From IMG/VR virus record IMGVR_UViG_3300037459_000160, positions 32,001 to 96,000 of that record: DNA of 64,000 nt, one strand, 5' to 3'. This DNA is from a virus. Each line of letters starts with the position of its first letter. Positions within the stretch are counted from its first letter, which is position 1. This document shows, piece by piece, positions 49,389 to 58,683 of this stretch. The notes beneath the pieces are model-generated. The model did no database searches, was not told where the DNA came from, and was given only the letters and a program-made list of their open reading frames with translations. Made by a program: the position numbers and the translations under genes.

Positions 49389-51302
49389 ATGCTTTCGGCG
49401 TTGCAACTCTTGCATAATGAGCCCGTCTTATCTCAACGCTCAACAGAATTCGTTTTGCGGGCAAAGGCAACGGGCTCGTATGCGTTTGACGTTGAACACC
49501 CGCCCGAGTTAACCGCCAGTGGGCCAAATTTCAGGTTAGCCGGTTGTGGGTTTGCAACTGATGGAATCCTATTTTATGAAACCGATGTAAGGCAAATCGA
49601 GGCGATTTGTAAAGCTCTTTTCCCGTTGCACCTTGACGCGGTTGCATATAACGGGAAATACGATTTGAAATGTCTAACGGCGGTCGAGCTTATCTCGCCT
49701 TACGAATATCCGCGTTGTCTTTGCGATCCGATGGTTGCCGTAAATCTGCTAGATGATAACCGGCACAAAAACGAGATGGGCCTAAAGGTTGTTGTTTGGG
49801 ATGAATTCGGCCACGAAATGAAACACTTTGAGGAATCTTGGGAACACGGGGAACATTCAAACGAATTTCGGCTCTATGCCGAGGACGATGTAAGGCAGGA
49901 GTTACGGCTTTGGTTACACCTTAAACCGAAACTCGTGGCTGAGAGCCTTGACAAGTTATTTCATAAAATTTTAATGCCCGTAACTTCGGTTTTTGCTGAT
50001 TTGGAAATGTTCGGCGTTGGTTGGTCGATTGCGGGAGCCCGAAAGCTATTGCGAGGGTTTCAAGAACTTAGGCGAAATACCGAGCAAGAGATTTACAACG
50101 AAATCGGCGAGCTTAACTTAAATTCGGGGGATCAAATAGCCAAGAGGCTTTTTAACGAATTGGGGTATTCAACGGCTGGGCTCGAAATGACTGATAGTAA
50201 GCACCGAGTTAAGACCGATGCTAGCTCGATGGAAAAGCTCGCGAACCGTTACCCGATATGTAAAAAAATCGTAACGTATCGTACGGCAACGAAAATGATT
50301 AACACTTACATCGAGCCCCTTACGCGGAAAGCTCTTGCTGATCCAAAGGGTAGAATTCACCCTACTGTTTGGATCGTATCGGCAACCGGGCGAACAAGGA
50401 TGGAAAACCCGAATTTCCAAAATATTCCGGTTTGGTTAATCCTACGTCCCGAATTTGCCCACTTAAACATTAGGAACAACGTTATCCCGGCTCCCGGTAT
50501 GGCGTTGATTGTCGCGGACTTATCGCAGATTGAATTGAGGATATGCGGGCACATTACACAAGACCCGATGTTTCTAAAAGCGTTTAGGGATTGGCGATGC
50601 GGGGGTTGCCTCAACAAAGGCTCGGAATCAAAAATCCTTTTACATGCGTGCCCGGTTTGTGGCAATCCCGAGGATGAGGATTTTTTGAAGGGGAAGAATG
50701 AAACGGGATTTTTTCACGGTAAGGATATGCACCAACAAACGTTTGATTTGGTGCCGGCGACGGGCAGCCGACAAGGAGCGAAAACGGCGAATTTTGCGGT
50801 TATCTATTTGGCAACAGCCGCCCGGCTCAATTATGAGTATCCTGAGTTGAGCCGGCGACAATGGCAAGAGGTAATAAATCAATTCATGCGAACGTATGAG
50901 GGCATTCATACTTGGCATTTGCGAATGAAAAGGCAAATGTACGACACCGGTGTTTGTCGCGATGTATTCGGCCGCAAGCGTCGAATTCTCAAACGCGACA
51001 TACACGCTAATGCGAAACACGCGGCCAATATGTTTGTCAACTTCCCGGTTCAAAGCTCGGCTTGTGCGTTGATCGAATTGATTATGAGCAATTTGCGGGA
51101 ACATTGGATGCAATCGCGGGATTGGTTGAGAACAATTTTTATGTCAAATTTTGTTCACGACGAAATTGTATTTGAGTGCCCGATTGATTTGGTAGATAGA
51201 TACGTCCCGACGATTCGTACGTTTATGGAAAATTGCGTTCCTTTTTCGGTACCGATTCGCACCGATATACAAGTTGTTGACAAGTGGGGGGCCGCAAAGT
51301 AA
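49389..51302 (+). CDS. polA: family A DNA polymerase with 3'-5' exonuclease
   Basis: FDVE, YNGKYD, YAEDD; motif A ADLSQIELR, motif B RQGAKTANFAVIY, motif C VHDE. Confidence 0.95.
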   Translation: MLSALQLLHNEPVLSQRSTEFVLRAKATGSYAFDVEHPPELTASGPNFRLAGCGFATDGILFYETDVRQIEAICKALFPLHLDAVAYNGKYDLKCLTAVELISPYEYPRCLCDPMVAVNLLDDNRHKNEMGLKVVVWDEFGHEMKHFEESWEHGEHSNEFRLYAEDDVRQELRLWLHLKPKLVAESLDKLFHKILMPVTSVFADLEMFGVGWSIAGARKLLRGFQELRRNTEQEIYNEIGELNLNSGDQIAKRLFNELGYSTAGLEMTDSKHRVKTDASSMEKLANRYPICKKIVTYRTATKMINTYIEPLTRKALADPKGRIHPTVWIVSATGRTRMENPNFQNIPVWLILRPEFAHLNIRNNVIPAPGMALIVADLSQIELRICGHITQDPMFLKAFRDWRCGGCLNKGSESKILLHACPVCGNPEDEDFLKGKNETGFFHGKDMHQQTFDLVPATGSRQGAKTANFAVIYLATAARLNYEYPELSRRQWQEVINQFMRTYEGIHTWHLRMKRQMYDTGVCRDVFGRKRRILKRDIHANAKHAANMFVNFPVQSSACALIELIMSNLREHWMQSRDWLRTIFMSNFVHDEIVFECPIDLVDRYVPTIRTFMENCVPFSVPIRTDIQVVDKWGAAK

Positions 51303-52645
51303 TGGCCGAGGCGATATTAAGTAACTTGATTTGGTTTCCGAAACGGTTGGTTGATTGTGAGAAGATCACGGCCGAGCTTACCATTTTTACCGAAGCCTAC
51401 CGAGGGAAGCCCCAACGTATCGACCTTTACCGCGAGACCGCAACACATATTGGAGTACCTCGCAATTGGGGGCTCAATCAAAGTTGGCTCTTGAGGGGGT
51501 TTATATTGGTTGACGAAACGGTTGCCCCGCCGATGGAATGGCCGAAGTTTGCCGGCACGTACCGAGCGGGCCAAGCCGATTCGGTTAAAGCGTTGGTTGA
51601 AGCGTTTACGCGGAAACCGGGGGCATTACTTGAGGCACATTGCGGGGCAGGGAAAACGGTAATGGGTCTCGCGATTGCTTCACACTTAAACACCCCGGCA
51701 ATTGTTATCGTTCACAAAGACGATTTGGCGAGCCAATGGCATGAGGCCGCAAAATTCTTTCCGGGGTTGAAGTGCGGGCACGTACAGCAAAATCAACTTG
51801 ATTATGAGGGTTGTCATTTCGTAACCGCGATGGCTCAAACGATTCATCGGCGGGCAGATAAATTCCCGCCCGAATTCTTTAAGCATTTTGGGTTGGCTAT
51901 TTTTGATGAGGGGCACAGGTATCCCGCTAAGACGTTTGAGCCAATTCTTGGAATGTTCCCTGCGATATTTCGGTTGGCGGTTTCGGCAACGTGGCGACGT
52001 AAGGACGCGGTAGAATGTATTTGGGGTTGGCATATCGGCAGCGTTGAGCATAAGACCAAGCAATACCGAGCCGTGGGGCAATATCGCCAAATCTTATGGA
52101 ATACCCCGTTGAGGGATGCCGACTTTACCCGAGGCGGCAGCCTTAACACGGCGAAATACATAACGGCGATTGCTGAGGAAGCGGCTTATAACGAATGGCT
52201 AACAAAGCAACTTATTGAAGGGGCAACAGCCGGCCGGCAAATGGCCTTGATTACCGAGAGGATTTGTCAAATCGTTGATATTCAGCAGCGGCTTAGAATA
52301 CTTTCGGGCATTGAGGCCGGGATTTATGCGGGAGCGGTCAACAAAAAGAGAATTAAGAAAGCCGAGCTTGAGGCCGCCAAGACTTGCCAAATCATCCTCG
52401 CGACATATGGAAAGATGAGCGAGGGTACCGATATACCAACGCTTGATTCTTTGATTTTCGGAACCCCCCGAACCGATGTTGAACAACCGATTGGGCGTAT
52501 TCAAAGACCGTTGCAAAAACGGCCGTTAATAATCGTTGACCCAATTTTTAATACCCGATACAACAAGATACTCGGTAAGAAACGTGAAGGCGTTTACAAA
52601 CAACTCGGTTTTACTAACCAATTAACGGAAGGAATTAAACAATGA
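51302..52645 (+). CDS. superfamily 2 DNA helicase
   Basis: HCGAGKT, FDEGH, SAT, EGTDIP.LD, Q.IGRI.R. Confidence 0.9.
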   Translation: MAEAILSNLIWFPKRLVDCEKITAELTIFTEAYRGKPQRIDLYRETATHIGVPRNWGLNQSWLLRGFILVDETVAPPMEWPKFAGTYRAGQADSVKALVEAFTRKPGALLEAHCGAGKTVMGLAIASHLNTPAIVIVHKDDLASQWHEAAKFFPGLKCGHVQQNQLDYEGCHFVTAMAQTIHRRADKFPPEFFKHFGLAIFDEGHRYPAKTFEPILGMFPAIFRLAVSATWRRKDAVECIWGWHIGSVEHKTKQYRAVGQYRQILWNTPLRDADFTRGGSLNTAKYITAIAEEAAYNEWLTKQLIEGATAGRQMALITERICQIVDIQQRLRILSGIEAGIYAGAVNKKRIKKAELEAAKTCQIILATYGKMSEGTDIPTLDSLIFGTPRTDVEQPIGRIQRPLQKRPLIIVDPIFNTRYNKILGKKREGVYKQLGFTNQLTEGIKQ

Positions 52646-53352
52646 GCATTGCAGATCAATTAAGGCAGAGACTCGCCGACGATGCCAAACAGCCGGCCCC
52701 CGAGGCTCAAACCTTGCCAGATAATCCGGTAGCGGCAGCCCTTGCCCCGGCCCCCGAGGTTGCCCCACAAGCGGCCCCGGCTCCTGCCCCGGCTCCCGAG
52801 CCCGCCCCGGCTCCCGAGGTTCTTACGGGCCAACAGGCCCCCGATGCGGCATACGAGCAAACCATGTTACAAGAGGGCCCGGCCCCCCCGGTTCCGATCC
52901 AAGAGGCGATGCCGGCCGCTCCCGCCCCGGCACCCCCGGTAACCGGCAGCCCTGGCCCCCCGGTCCTACCTAGCGGGGCGGGAGCCATTGCCCCGATTGC
53001 TGACGTAACCTCGGCCGTGGGGCAGCGATCTGGCTTGACGGTTTCCCGTATGTATTCCGAATCGGGAACCCTCAAGAGCGAGGAACCCGATGAGGAAGCT
53101 ATTGAAATCTCGGTTCCGGCCGCGAATGTTCCGTTGGCAACCGTGGGTTGTACCGCCAATATGACGATCAACATGGGATCGTATGAAAGCGTAAAGTTGG
53201 GCGTTTCAATCACGCTTCCATGTTACGTTGAGGAAATCGACGGGGCGTACAAGTATGCTAAAAAACTGGTTGACTTGCGGCTTAACAAGGAAGTGCAAGA
53301 CATTAAGGCATACAGAGCCCAACGGGCAACGGATCAAGGCCAAACAACATGA
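52642..53352 (+). CDS. conserved phage protein with Pro/Ala-rich N-terminus
   Basis: C-terminal TINMGSYESVK..V.ITLPC. Confidence 0.7.
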   Translation: MSIADQLRQRLADDAKQPAPEAQTLPDNPVAAALAPAPEVAPQAAPAPAPAPEPAPAPEVLTGQQAPDAAYEQTMLQEGPAPPVPIQEAMPAAPAPAPPVTGSPGPPVLPSGAGAIAPIADVTSAVGQRSGLTVSRMYSESGTLKSEEPDEEAIEISVPAANVPLATVGCTANMTINMGSYESVKLGVSITLPCYVEEIDGAYKYAKKLVDLRLNKEVQDIKAYRAQRATDQGQTT

Positions 53353-54437
53353 GCGACCCCGAACCCGTAAAACTAACCGTTGAAAGCTGGATTGAGAACA
53401 TAAACAAAAGTTACAAATCCGGCGTTGCCCGCATTGGTGCGGATTTTACGGCTTTACATATCAAAAGGTTTTCGTCTGGAATCCTTACCTTGGATTGTGC
53501 AACCGGGGCGGGTTGGCCGTTTGGTCGAATCGTGATACCAGCCGGTGAGGAATCGACGGGTAAAACCCTCATGGCTCTTAAGGCGTGCGATTCGGTTACG
53601 AAGTACGACCACTTAACGCACCTTGCCCAAGATAGGGTTGACCCCGACGAGTTTTACCCCGGTCGGGCTCTTTTCGTTGATGTTGAAAATGCCTTTGATA
53701 TGAAATGGGCAAAGAAAAACGGTTTTGATGATGATTGGCACGTTGTTGCGGTTCCCGATTATGCCGAGCAAGCGGTTGATCTTGTAAGCGATGCCATTAC
53801 TGAAAATCTCTTTGATTTGATTGTTATTGATTCGGTTGCGGCATTGACCCCAACGAAAGAAATCGAATTATCTACTGAGGATTGGCAAATAGGGCTCGGG
53901 GCAAGGCTCACAAACAAAGCAATGAGGAAATGGAATTCTCAACTTGCAAAGCAAAGCCAACAGGGGCTTAGTGGGCCTTGCCTTATGTGTTTGAATCAAT
54001 TCCGAATGACGATCGGGCAAAGTTGGGGTGATCCGCGAGTATTACCGCACGGTAAGGCTCAACGGTTCGCGGCCTCAATTATCATTTACACAACCTCGCC
54101 AAAGATCAAAGACGATTCGACCGATGAGCATGGATTTGTTGAACTTGGGGGAGTGACCAAGAAAAACAAAACCTACACTCCCCAAATCAACTTTCGTTAC
54201 CGGATGGCATTAAAGGAACATCGCAACTGGAAGACAGGCCAAGTTGATAACCCAAAGCAACTCATAACACTCGGGAAGAAATACAACATTGTCGTAAACA
54301 CGGGCAACAAGTGGACAGTTGGAAAACAAGAATTCAAAACCCTCAAGGCGATTTCGGGTAAGATGGAATCCGACCCCGAGTTTGAGCGGCTCATTTGGCG
54401 TTCAATTGTTCAAGCTAGTACGGGGGCTTTGATATGA
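53349..54437 (+). CDS. recA: RecA/UvsX-like recombinase
   Basis: SSG..TLD, GEESTGKT, FVDVE, VIDSVAAL.P..E, ARL, NQFR. Confidence 0.92.
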   Translation: MSDPEPVKLTVESWIENINKSYKSGVARIGADFTALHIKRFSSGILTLDCATGAGWPFGRIVIPAGEESTGKTLMALKACDSVTKYDHLTHLAQDRVDPDEFYPGRALFVDVENAFDMKWAKKNGFDDDWHVVAVPDYAEQAVDLVSDAITENLFDLIVIDSVAALTPTKEIELSTEDWQIGLGARLTNKAMRKWNSQLAKQSQQGLSGPCLMCLNQFRMTIGQSWGDPRVLPHGKAQRFAASIIIYTTSPKIKDDSTDEHGFVELGGVTKKNKTYTPQINFRYRMALKEHRNWKTGQVDNPKQLITLGKKYNIVVNTGNKWTVGKQEFKTLKAISGKMESDPEFERLIWRSIVQASTGALI

Positions 54438-55144
54438 TCAAAAATGGCGTTGTCTATATGGCGACGGGCGGAAAGTTTAATGCCTCACAATTTGGGTTGA
54501 GTTGCTTGGATGAGGCCAAACGGAGTCTTGAGGGGATCAAGAAACATTCGCCCGGCGTACTAACAGCGTTGTTTGTTCATCCGATGCAAGAGGTTGACGA
54601 GTTTGATTTTGTATTTGACCTTGAGGCCGTTAATCAGCGATATGACGCGGGGCATTGGTGGCGAGAGGTAAGCACGTTTCGGGAAACTAAACCGGCGTAC
54701 ATTTGGAATATCCTTTGTGGGATGAAACTTGTTGCCATGCAAGAAACCCCGTTTGTAAATACGTTTTGGTTGGATACGGATACCCACGTAATCGCCGACA
54801 TTTCCCCGATTTTTGAGATTGATTGCGATTTTGCAATTGCCCGCGAGAACGTCCCTAAGTTAGTTCTCAACGCGGGCATCTACTTGGTTAAGGGTGATGC
54901 CGGCCGCGAGTTTGTTAATGAATGGTGGGAAGCGTGGCGGCTCACGAAAGGTAACCGATTCGATCAACAAGTATTGCCTCAACTGTTGAGACATAACCCC
55001 GATTTACGGTTTCACGAATTGCCTTGGTATGTTTGGAACGTGCGGCCCCACGACATAAACTTTAAGCGAGTACCGTTGGTATTGCAGGCAGAAACCAAAA
55101 TCTTACATACCCGTTGGGGTATGGAGAATTGGGGGCAGGAATGA
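54434..55144 (+). CDS. GT-A nucleotide-diphospho-sugar transferase (GT8/GT77-like)
   Basis: GVVY.ATG, K......PF..T.WLDTD, LNAG, DQ..L, WN. Confidence 0.8.
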   Translation: MIKNGVVYMATGGKFNASQFGLSCLDEAKRSLEGIKKHSPGVLTALFVHPMQEVDEFDFVFDLEAVNQRYDAGHWWREVSTFRETKPAYIWNILCGMKLVAMQETPFVNTFWLDTDTHVIADISPIFEIDCDFAIARENVPKLVLNAGIYLVKGDAGREFVNEWWEAWRLTKGNRFDQQVLPQLLRHNPDLRFHELPWYVWNVRPHDINFKRVPLVLQAETKILHTRWGMENWGQE

Positions 55145-55512
55145 AAGGGGGAGATAAGAAACCGAAACGTTCCCCGCTTGGTTCGCGGAAGGACCAAAAG
55201 ACCCGCATTAATGAACATGAGCAAAGCCTTGCCGATAGGTTGGGCGGGCAGCGGCAACCCAACAGCGGAGCTACGTTGAGGCACAAGGGCGATATTTTGT
55301 TGAGCAAACTGTTGCTTGATTCAAAGGAAACCCAAACCAATTCGTTAATTCTTACGGTTGCCGAGATTGTTAAGATTTGTCGCGAAGCCCGTGAGCTATC
55401 CCGTGAGCCCGGCCTTGTTTTATCGTTTACCAAAGCCCCGGTGACAATGCCGGCCGAATGGGTTGCCGTTCCCTTGGAAGTGTTCCAACAATTATTGGAG
55501 AATCAAAAATGA
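55141..55512 (+). CDS. Hjc-like PD-(D/E)xK Holliday junction resolvase
   Basis: E..LA..LGG.R.P.SGA....KGD.......D.K. Confidence 0.7.
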   Translation: MKGGDKKPKRSPLGSRKDQKTRINEHEQSLADRLGGQRQPNSGATLRHKGDILLSKLLLDSKETQTNSLILTVAEIVKICREARELSREPGLVLSFTKAPVTMPAEWVAVPLEVFQQLLENQK

Positions 55513-55724
55513 GCCTCGGAAACCATACGAAAACGATTAAGGGCGAAATTGATAAATTTCACAAGATAGATGGGGGAAGTCCCGAGCGTACATTGGCCGA
55601 GTTAATCAAGATTCGCATTTATCTTGACGATCAAATTAGGAGGTTGCAAAGTGGCGGAAAAGAAAGCGAAAGCGAAGCGGGCAACAAAGAGGAAATCGAC
55701 AAAAGCCGCTCAAAGGCGTGGTAG
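55509..55724 (+). CDS. hypothetical protein
   Basis: ATGA coupling. Confidence 0.5.
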   Translation: MSLGNHTKTIKGEIDKFHKIDGGSPERTLAELIKIRIYLDDQIRRLQSGGKESESEAGNKEEIDKSRSKAW

Positions 55725-55905
55725 GGCAATAAAGGGTACCAAACAGAGCATATTAACCACGATTCAACGTGAAAAGTATGATAAGATTTTCAGATTGTTG
55801 GATGCGGGTACCCCTCCCGTGGAAATCGCTTTTGCAAATTTGAGTTTAAGTATGCCCGACGTGTTGGCAATGCTCCAATATGAGAGGACGAAACGTGGTA
55901 CTTGA
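55651..55905 (+). CDS. basic small protein, possible DNA binder
   Basis: GTG after AGGAGG; KKAKAKRATKRKSTK. Confidence 0.55.
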   Translation: MAEKKAKAKRATKRKSTKAAQRRGRAIKGTKQSILTTIQREKYDKIFRLLDAGTPPVEIAFANLSLSMPDVLAMLQYERTKRGT

Positions 55906-56917
55906 GGCTTTCAAACTCGCTCAAGAGCAAAAGCAACAGGCAACGACCAACGCGGCCCCCGATAAGTTTTGCAACTTACAAAAGGCGGTTTCGCGTTGGC
56001 AAAATGCTTTGCCGGCTCAAGAGACCTTTACGGATTTTTTGAGGGCCTCGGGCTTGTATTTCACTTGCCCCCGCGAGTTTGTGCTTAATTATTGGCAGCC
56101 GAGACCCAACCGCAAATTTGACGCAAAATCCCAATTCCTCATGGGGATGGGAACCCATTTGCACGAATTTATACAAAACGCGGTTCTCGGGCCAATGGGC
56201 GTATTAAAGGGGGAATGGTTTGGCACGGGTTCGGGTTCAAAAGTTAAGGACGGTTACCATCCCGACCCCGAAAAGGCTATTTGGGAAATCACTCACCAAC
56301 AGCCGTTGAGTTGGGCATACCACGAACGGCGGGTTTGGCTCCCTCAATACCGAATACGCGGCCACGTTGACGGGGTTATTTCTATTGACCGCGTACAGTG
56401 GTTGCATGATAATTCGGCGTTGTTCCGATCGGACCCGGCCCGAGCTTGTAAGGTGTTGCTTGGGATTCCGCCCGGCCCTGAGTGTTTGCTTGAGATTAAG
56501 ACAACGGGGGATTACCAATATTCAAAAATTGTAACGTCGGCAGATATTCCCCCGTATTACAAAATGCAAGGGGTGATATATCAAGAGGCAACAGGGTTAA
56601 GGCAAACGGTTTTTTGGTATGTAAACAGGGATTCGGCGGGCTCAAAAGTCCTCACGTACACTTATGAACCGGGTTGGCTTAATGATGCAAAGCGAAAGGC
56701 AACGGCTGTTTGGGAAGCGATTAGGGATGAGACCCTACCCGATATTTTTATGCCTTGCAAATCGCCAAAGGATAAAAGGGCAAAGGCGTGCGTATATCGC
56801 GAACCGTGTTGGGCGAGGCGGCTTGATTTTGCGAAATATGTGGCGGATGGTAAAGCCCAAGCGGCATTGGCGGGCCGTCAACTTTTGGATTTAAGTCAAT
56901 GGCGGGCACCGGCGTAA
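55880..56917 (+). CDS. Cas4-like PD-(D/E)xK exonuclease
   Basis: AS.L..CPR, GT.LH, GHVDG, LEIKT, Q..IY, C-terminal Cys cluster. Confidence 0.8.
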   Translation: MRGRNVVLEAFKLAQEQKQQATTNAAPDKFCNLQKAVSRWQNALPAQETFTDFLRASGLYFTCPREFVLNYWQPRPNRKFDAKSQFLMGMGTHLHEFIQNAVLGPMGVLKGEWFGTGSGSKVKDGYHPDPEKAIWEITHQQPLSWAYHERRVWLPQYRIRGHVDGVISIDRVQWLHDNSALFRSDPARACKVLLGIPPGPECLLEIKTTGDYQYSKIVTSADIPPYYKMQGVIYQEATGLRQTVFWYVNRDSAGSKVLTYTYEPGWLNDAKRKATAVWEAIRDETLPDIFMPCKSPKDKRAKACVYREPCWARRLDFAKYVADGKAQAALAGRQLLDLSQWRAPA

Positions 56918-57435
56918 TGGAAACGCTCAAATACCTCATTGATAACTTTGACCGATCGGTTGTGGTCATCCGTTCGGGTTATTTATTTCTGGACATTAAG
57001 CCCCAAGCAAAGCAAAGCGTTTCGTTTGGTCAAGGCCGAGCATTTATACCAAAGAAAAAACGCGAGTACCTTGCGGCCCTTGCCAAGCAGATATACATAA
57101 AATGGAAAGGCCCAAAGATTGCGGGCCGCGTGCGGCTCACGATTGTTTATGCTTTTCCGTGGCCCCAAAAGGAAAGAGCGATGCAAGCCCTGGGTTGGAG
57201 CCTTACCGATCATAGGATTGACCTTGATAACTTACTGAAGCCCGTCAAGGATTCTTTGAGCGATATCGTTTTTGGTGACGATTGCCAAGTTGTTGAAGTG
57301 AAAGCCCGAAAAATTCGATACAGCCGGCCAGCTATCGGGATGAAAATTGACGAAATCCGGGGCCTCTCAATGGAAAATCTTGTGAACCCGGTTTCACTTG
57401 AAACCCGAGAAAAATACGGGTTTTATCGTGGTTGA
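56917..57435 (+). CDS. rusA: RusA family Holliday junction resolvase
   Basis: DLDNLLK...DSL....FGDDCQV. Confidence 0.85.
   Translation: METLKYLIDNFDRSVVVIRSGYLFLDIKPQAKQSVSFGQGRAFIPKKKREYLAALAKQIYIKWKGPKIAGRVRLTIVYAFPWPQKERAMQALGWSLTDHRIDLDNLLKPVKDSLSDIVFGDDCQVVEVKARKIRYSRPAIGMKIDEIRGLSMENLVNPVSLETREKYGFYRG
57382..57397 (+). promoter_or_regulatory. dispersed 16-bp motif copy 7
   Basis: exact copy within the last codons of rusA. Confidence 0.85.
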
Positions 57436-57541
57436 GAAAGAAATTTTCCAAACTCGGTAAAAATTGGGGTTGCTTTGTGTGTAGTGGTCGATAAACTGAA
57501 ATCAAGTTTTAACCCTTTTCGATTTTAGGAGTACGCAAACG

Positions 57542-58621
57542 ATGAGTACAGGAACGACCCCCGAAACCGTAACTCCCCCGACCGTTGAACAGCCGGAAGC
57601 CCCGGCAGCCGAGGCGGCAGCCCCCGAGGGTGGGAAAAAAAAGAAGCGTGGCCGGCCTAAGGGTAGTAAGAAAAAGGTAACCAAGAAAAAGGGAGCAACC
57701 GAGCCCGCCCCGAGCCCGGCCCCGGCCCCGGCCCCGGCCCCCGCCCCGGCTCCCGAGGCTCCCAAAGCCGAGCTTGTGAGCGTATCGGGCATTACGGCCG
57801 ACATTTGGAAAGACGCGGCCTCAACGTTCGTACCGGTTCTCAAGGCCGACTTTACGCCGACTCAACGAGTTGAAGCGATTCGCCAAGTCTTGCAACAATC
57901 GGCAACGATCGACGACCGGCTTAACTTGGTCATGGGCGAATTGCTGTATGAGGTTTCCGAAAACGAGTATTGGAAGTTGCCGACGTGGAAATTCATTGAC
58001 AAAGAGGGCACCGAACGCGGGTACAAGAACTTTTTGGAGTACGCTCAAGAGGAGTGCGGGCTTGAAAAAAGGAAATCGTACTACCTCATCGACATTTACC
58101 GGCTTTATGTCGTTGAGTTGGGCTTGCCGCTTGAGATTTTGCGAAATCTCGAATGGTCGAAAGCCAAGGTTTTGAAGGGCGTTATCACGAAAGAAAACGC
58201 CAAGGAAATGCTTGATAAGCTCAACACCTTGAGCAAACGTGAGCTTGAGGCGTTCGTACGTACTCTCAAAGCGGGCACTCCCCCGTCAACAACCGTACCC
58301 GAATTCGTGCCGATCAAGTTGCGGCTTTCGGCCGATCAAGCCAAGAATTTCAAGGATGCCTTGGATTGTGCGAAAGGGATGGCTCGTAATCCCGATGGCA
58401 CCGAGGCCAGCGATGGGGCTTGCATTGACTTTATCTTTACCGACTTCCTTGCCGGTCAAGCGGGTCCCGGTCTTGATGGCGTACTTAATCGCCTTGACGT
58501 GTTGGTTGCCAACATTCAACGCACGTTCGGGGTAACTCTTAAGGTTGAGGATTACGACAAGGAACGGTACGCGGCTTTGCAAAGCGATAGGGACGCCAAA
58601 CAGCCCGCTGAAACGGCATAG
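57542..58621 (+). CDS. DNA-binding protein with AT-hook, PA linker and helical domain
   Basis: KKKRGRPKGSKKK; G..L.EV....YW....Y.NF.EY..EE.GL....Y. Confidence 0.75.
   Translation: MSTGTTPETVTPPTVEQPEAPAAEAAAPEGGKKKKRGRPKGSKKKVTKKKGATEPAPSPAPAPAPAPAPAPEAPKAELVSVSGITADIWKDAASTFVPVLKADFTPTQRVEAIRQVLQQSATIDDRLNLVMGELLYEVSENEYWKLPTWKFIDKEGTERGYKNFLEYAQEECGLEKRKSYYLIDIYRLYVVELGLPLEILRNLEWSKAKVLKGVITKENAKEMLDKLNTLSKRELEAFVRTLKAGTPPSTTVPEFVPIKLRLSADQAKNFKDALDCAKGMARNPDGTEASDGACIDFIFTDFLAGQAGPGLDGVLNRLDVLVANIQRTFGVTLKVEDYDKERYAALQSDRDAKQPAETA
57705..57762 (+). repeat. CCGGCC-type 6-bp tandem repeat encoding (PA)n
   Basis: ccggccccggccccggccccggcc run. Confidence 0.8.
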
Positions 58622-58648
58622 TTTCTTTTTGTTTTGAGGGAAACGCGG

Positions 58649-58680
58649 GGGCCGGGGTGCTATGCCCCGGCCCTTGTTTA
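58649..58680 (+). terminator. intrinsic terminator
   Basis: GGGCCGGGG-loop-CCCCGGCCC then TTGTTT. Confidence 0.6.
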
Positions 58681-58683
58681 ATC

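Noticed and set aside
50592-50710. Intein in the DNA polymerase
   Set aside because: Only ~40 aa with no terminal HN splice motif
55880-56917. Cas4 as evidence of a CRISPR-Cas system
   Set aside because: Solo Cas4-like nucleases are common in phage recombination modules; no cas1, cas2 or array
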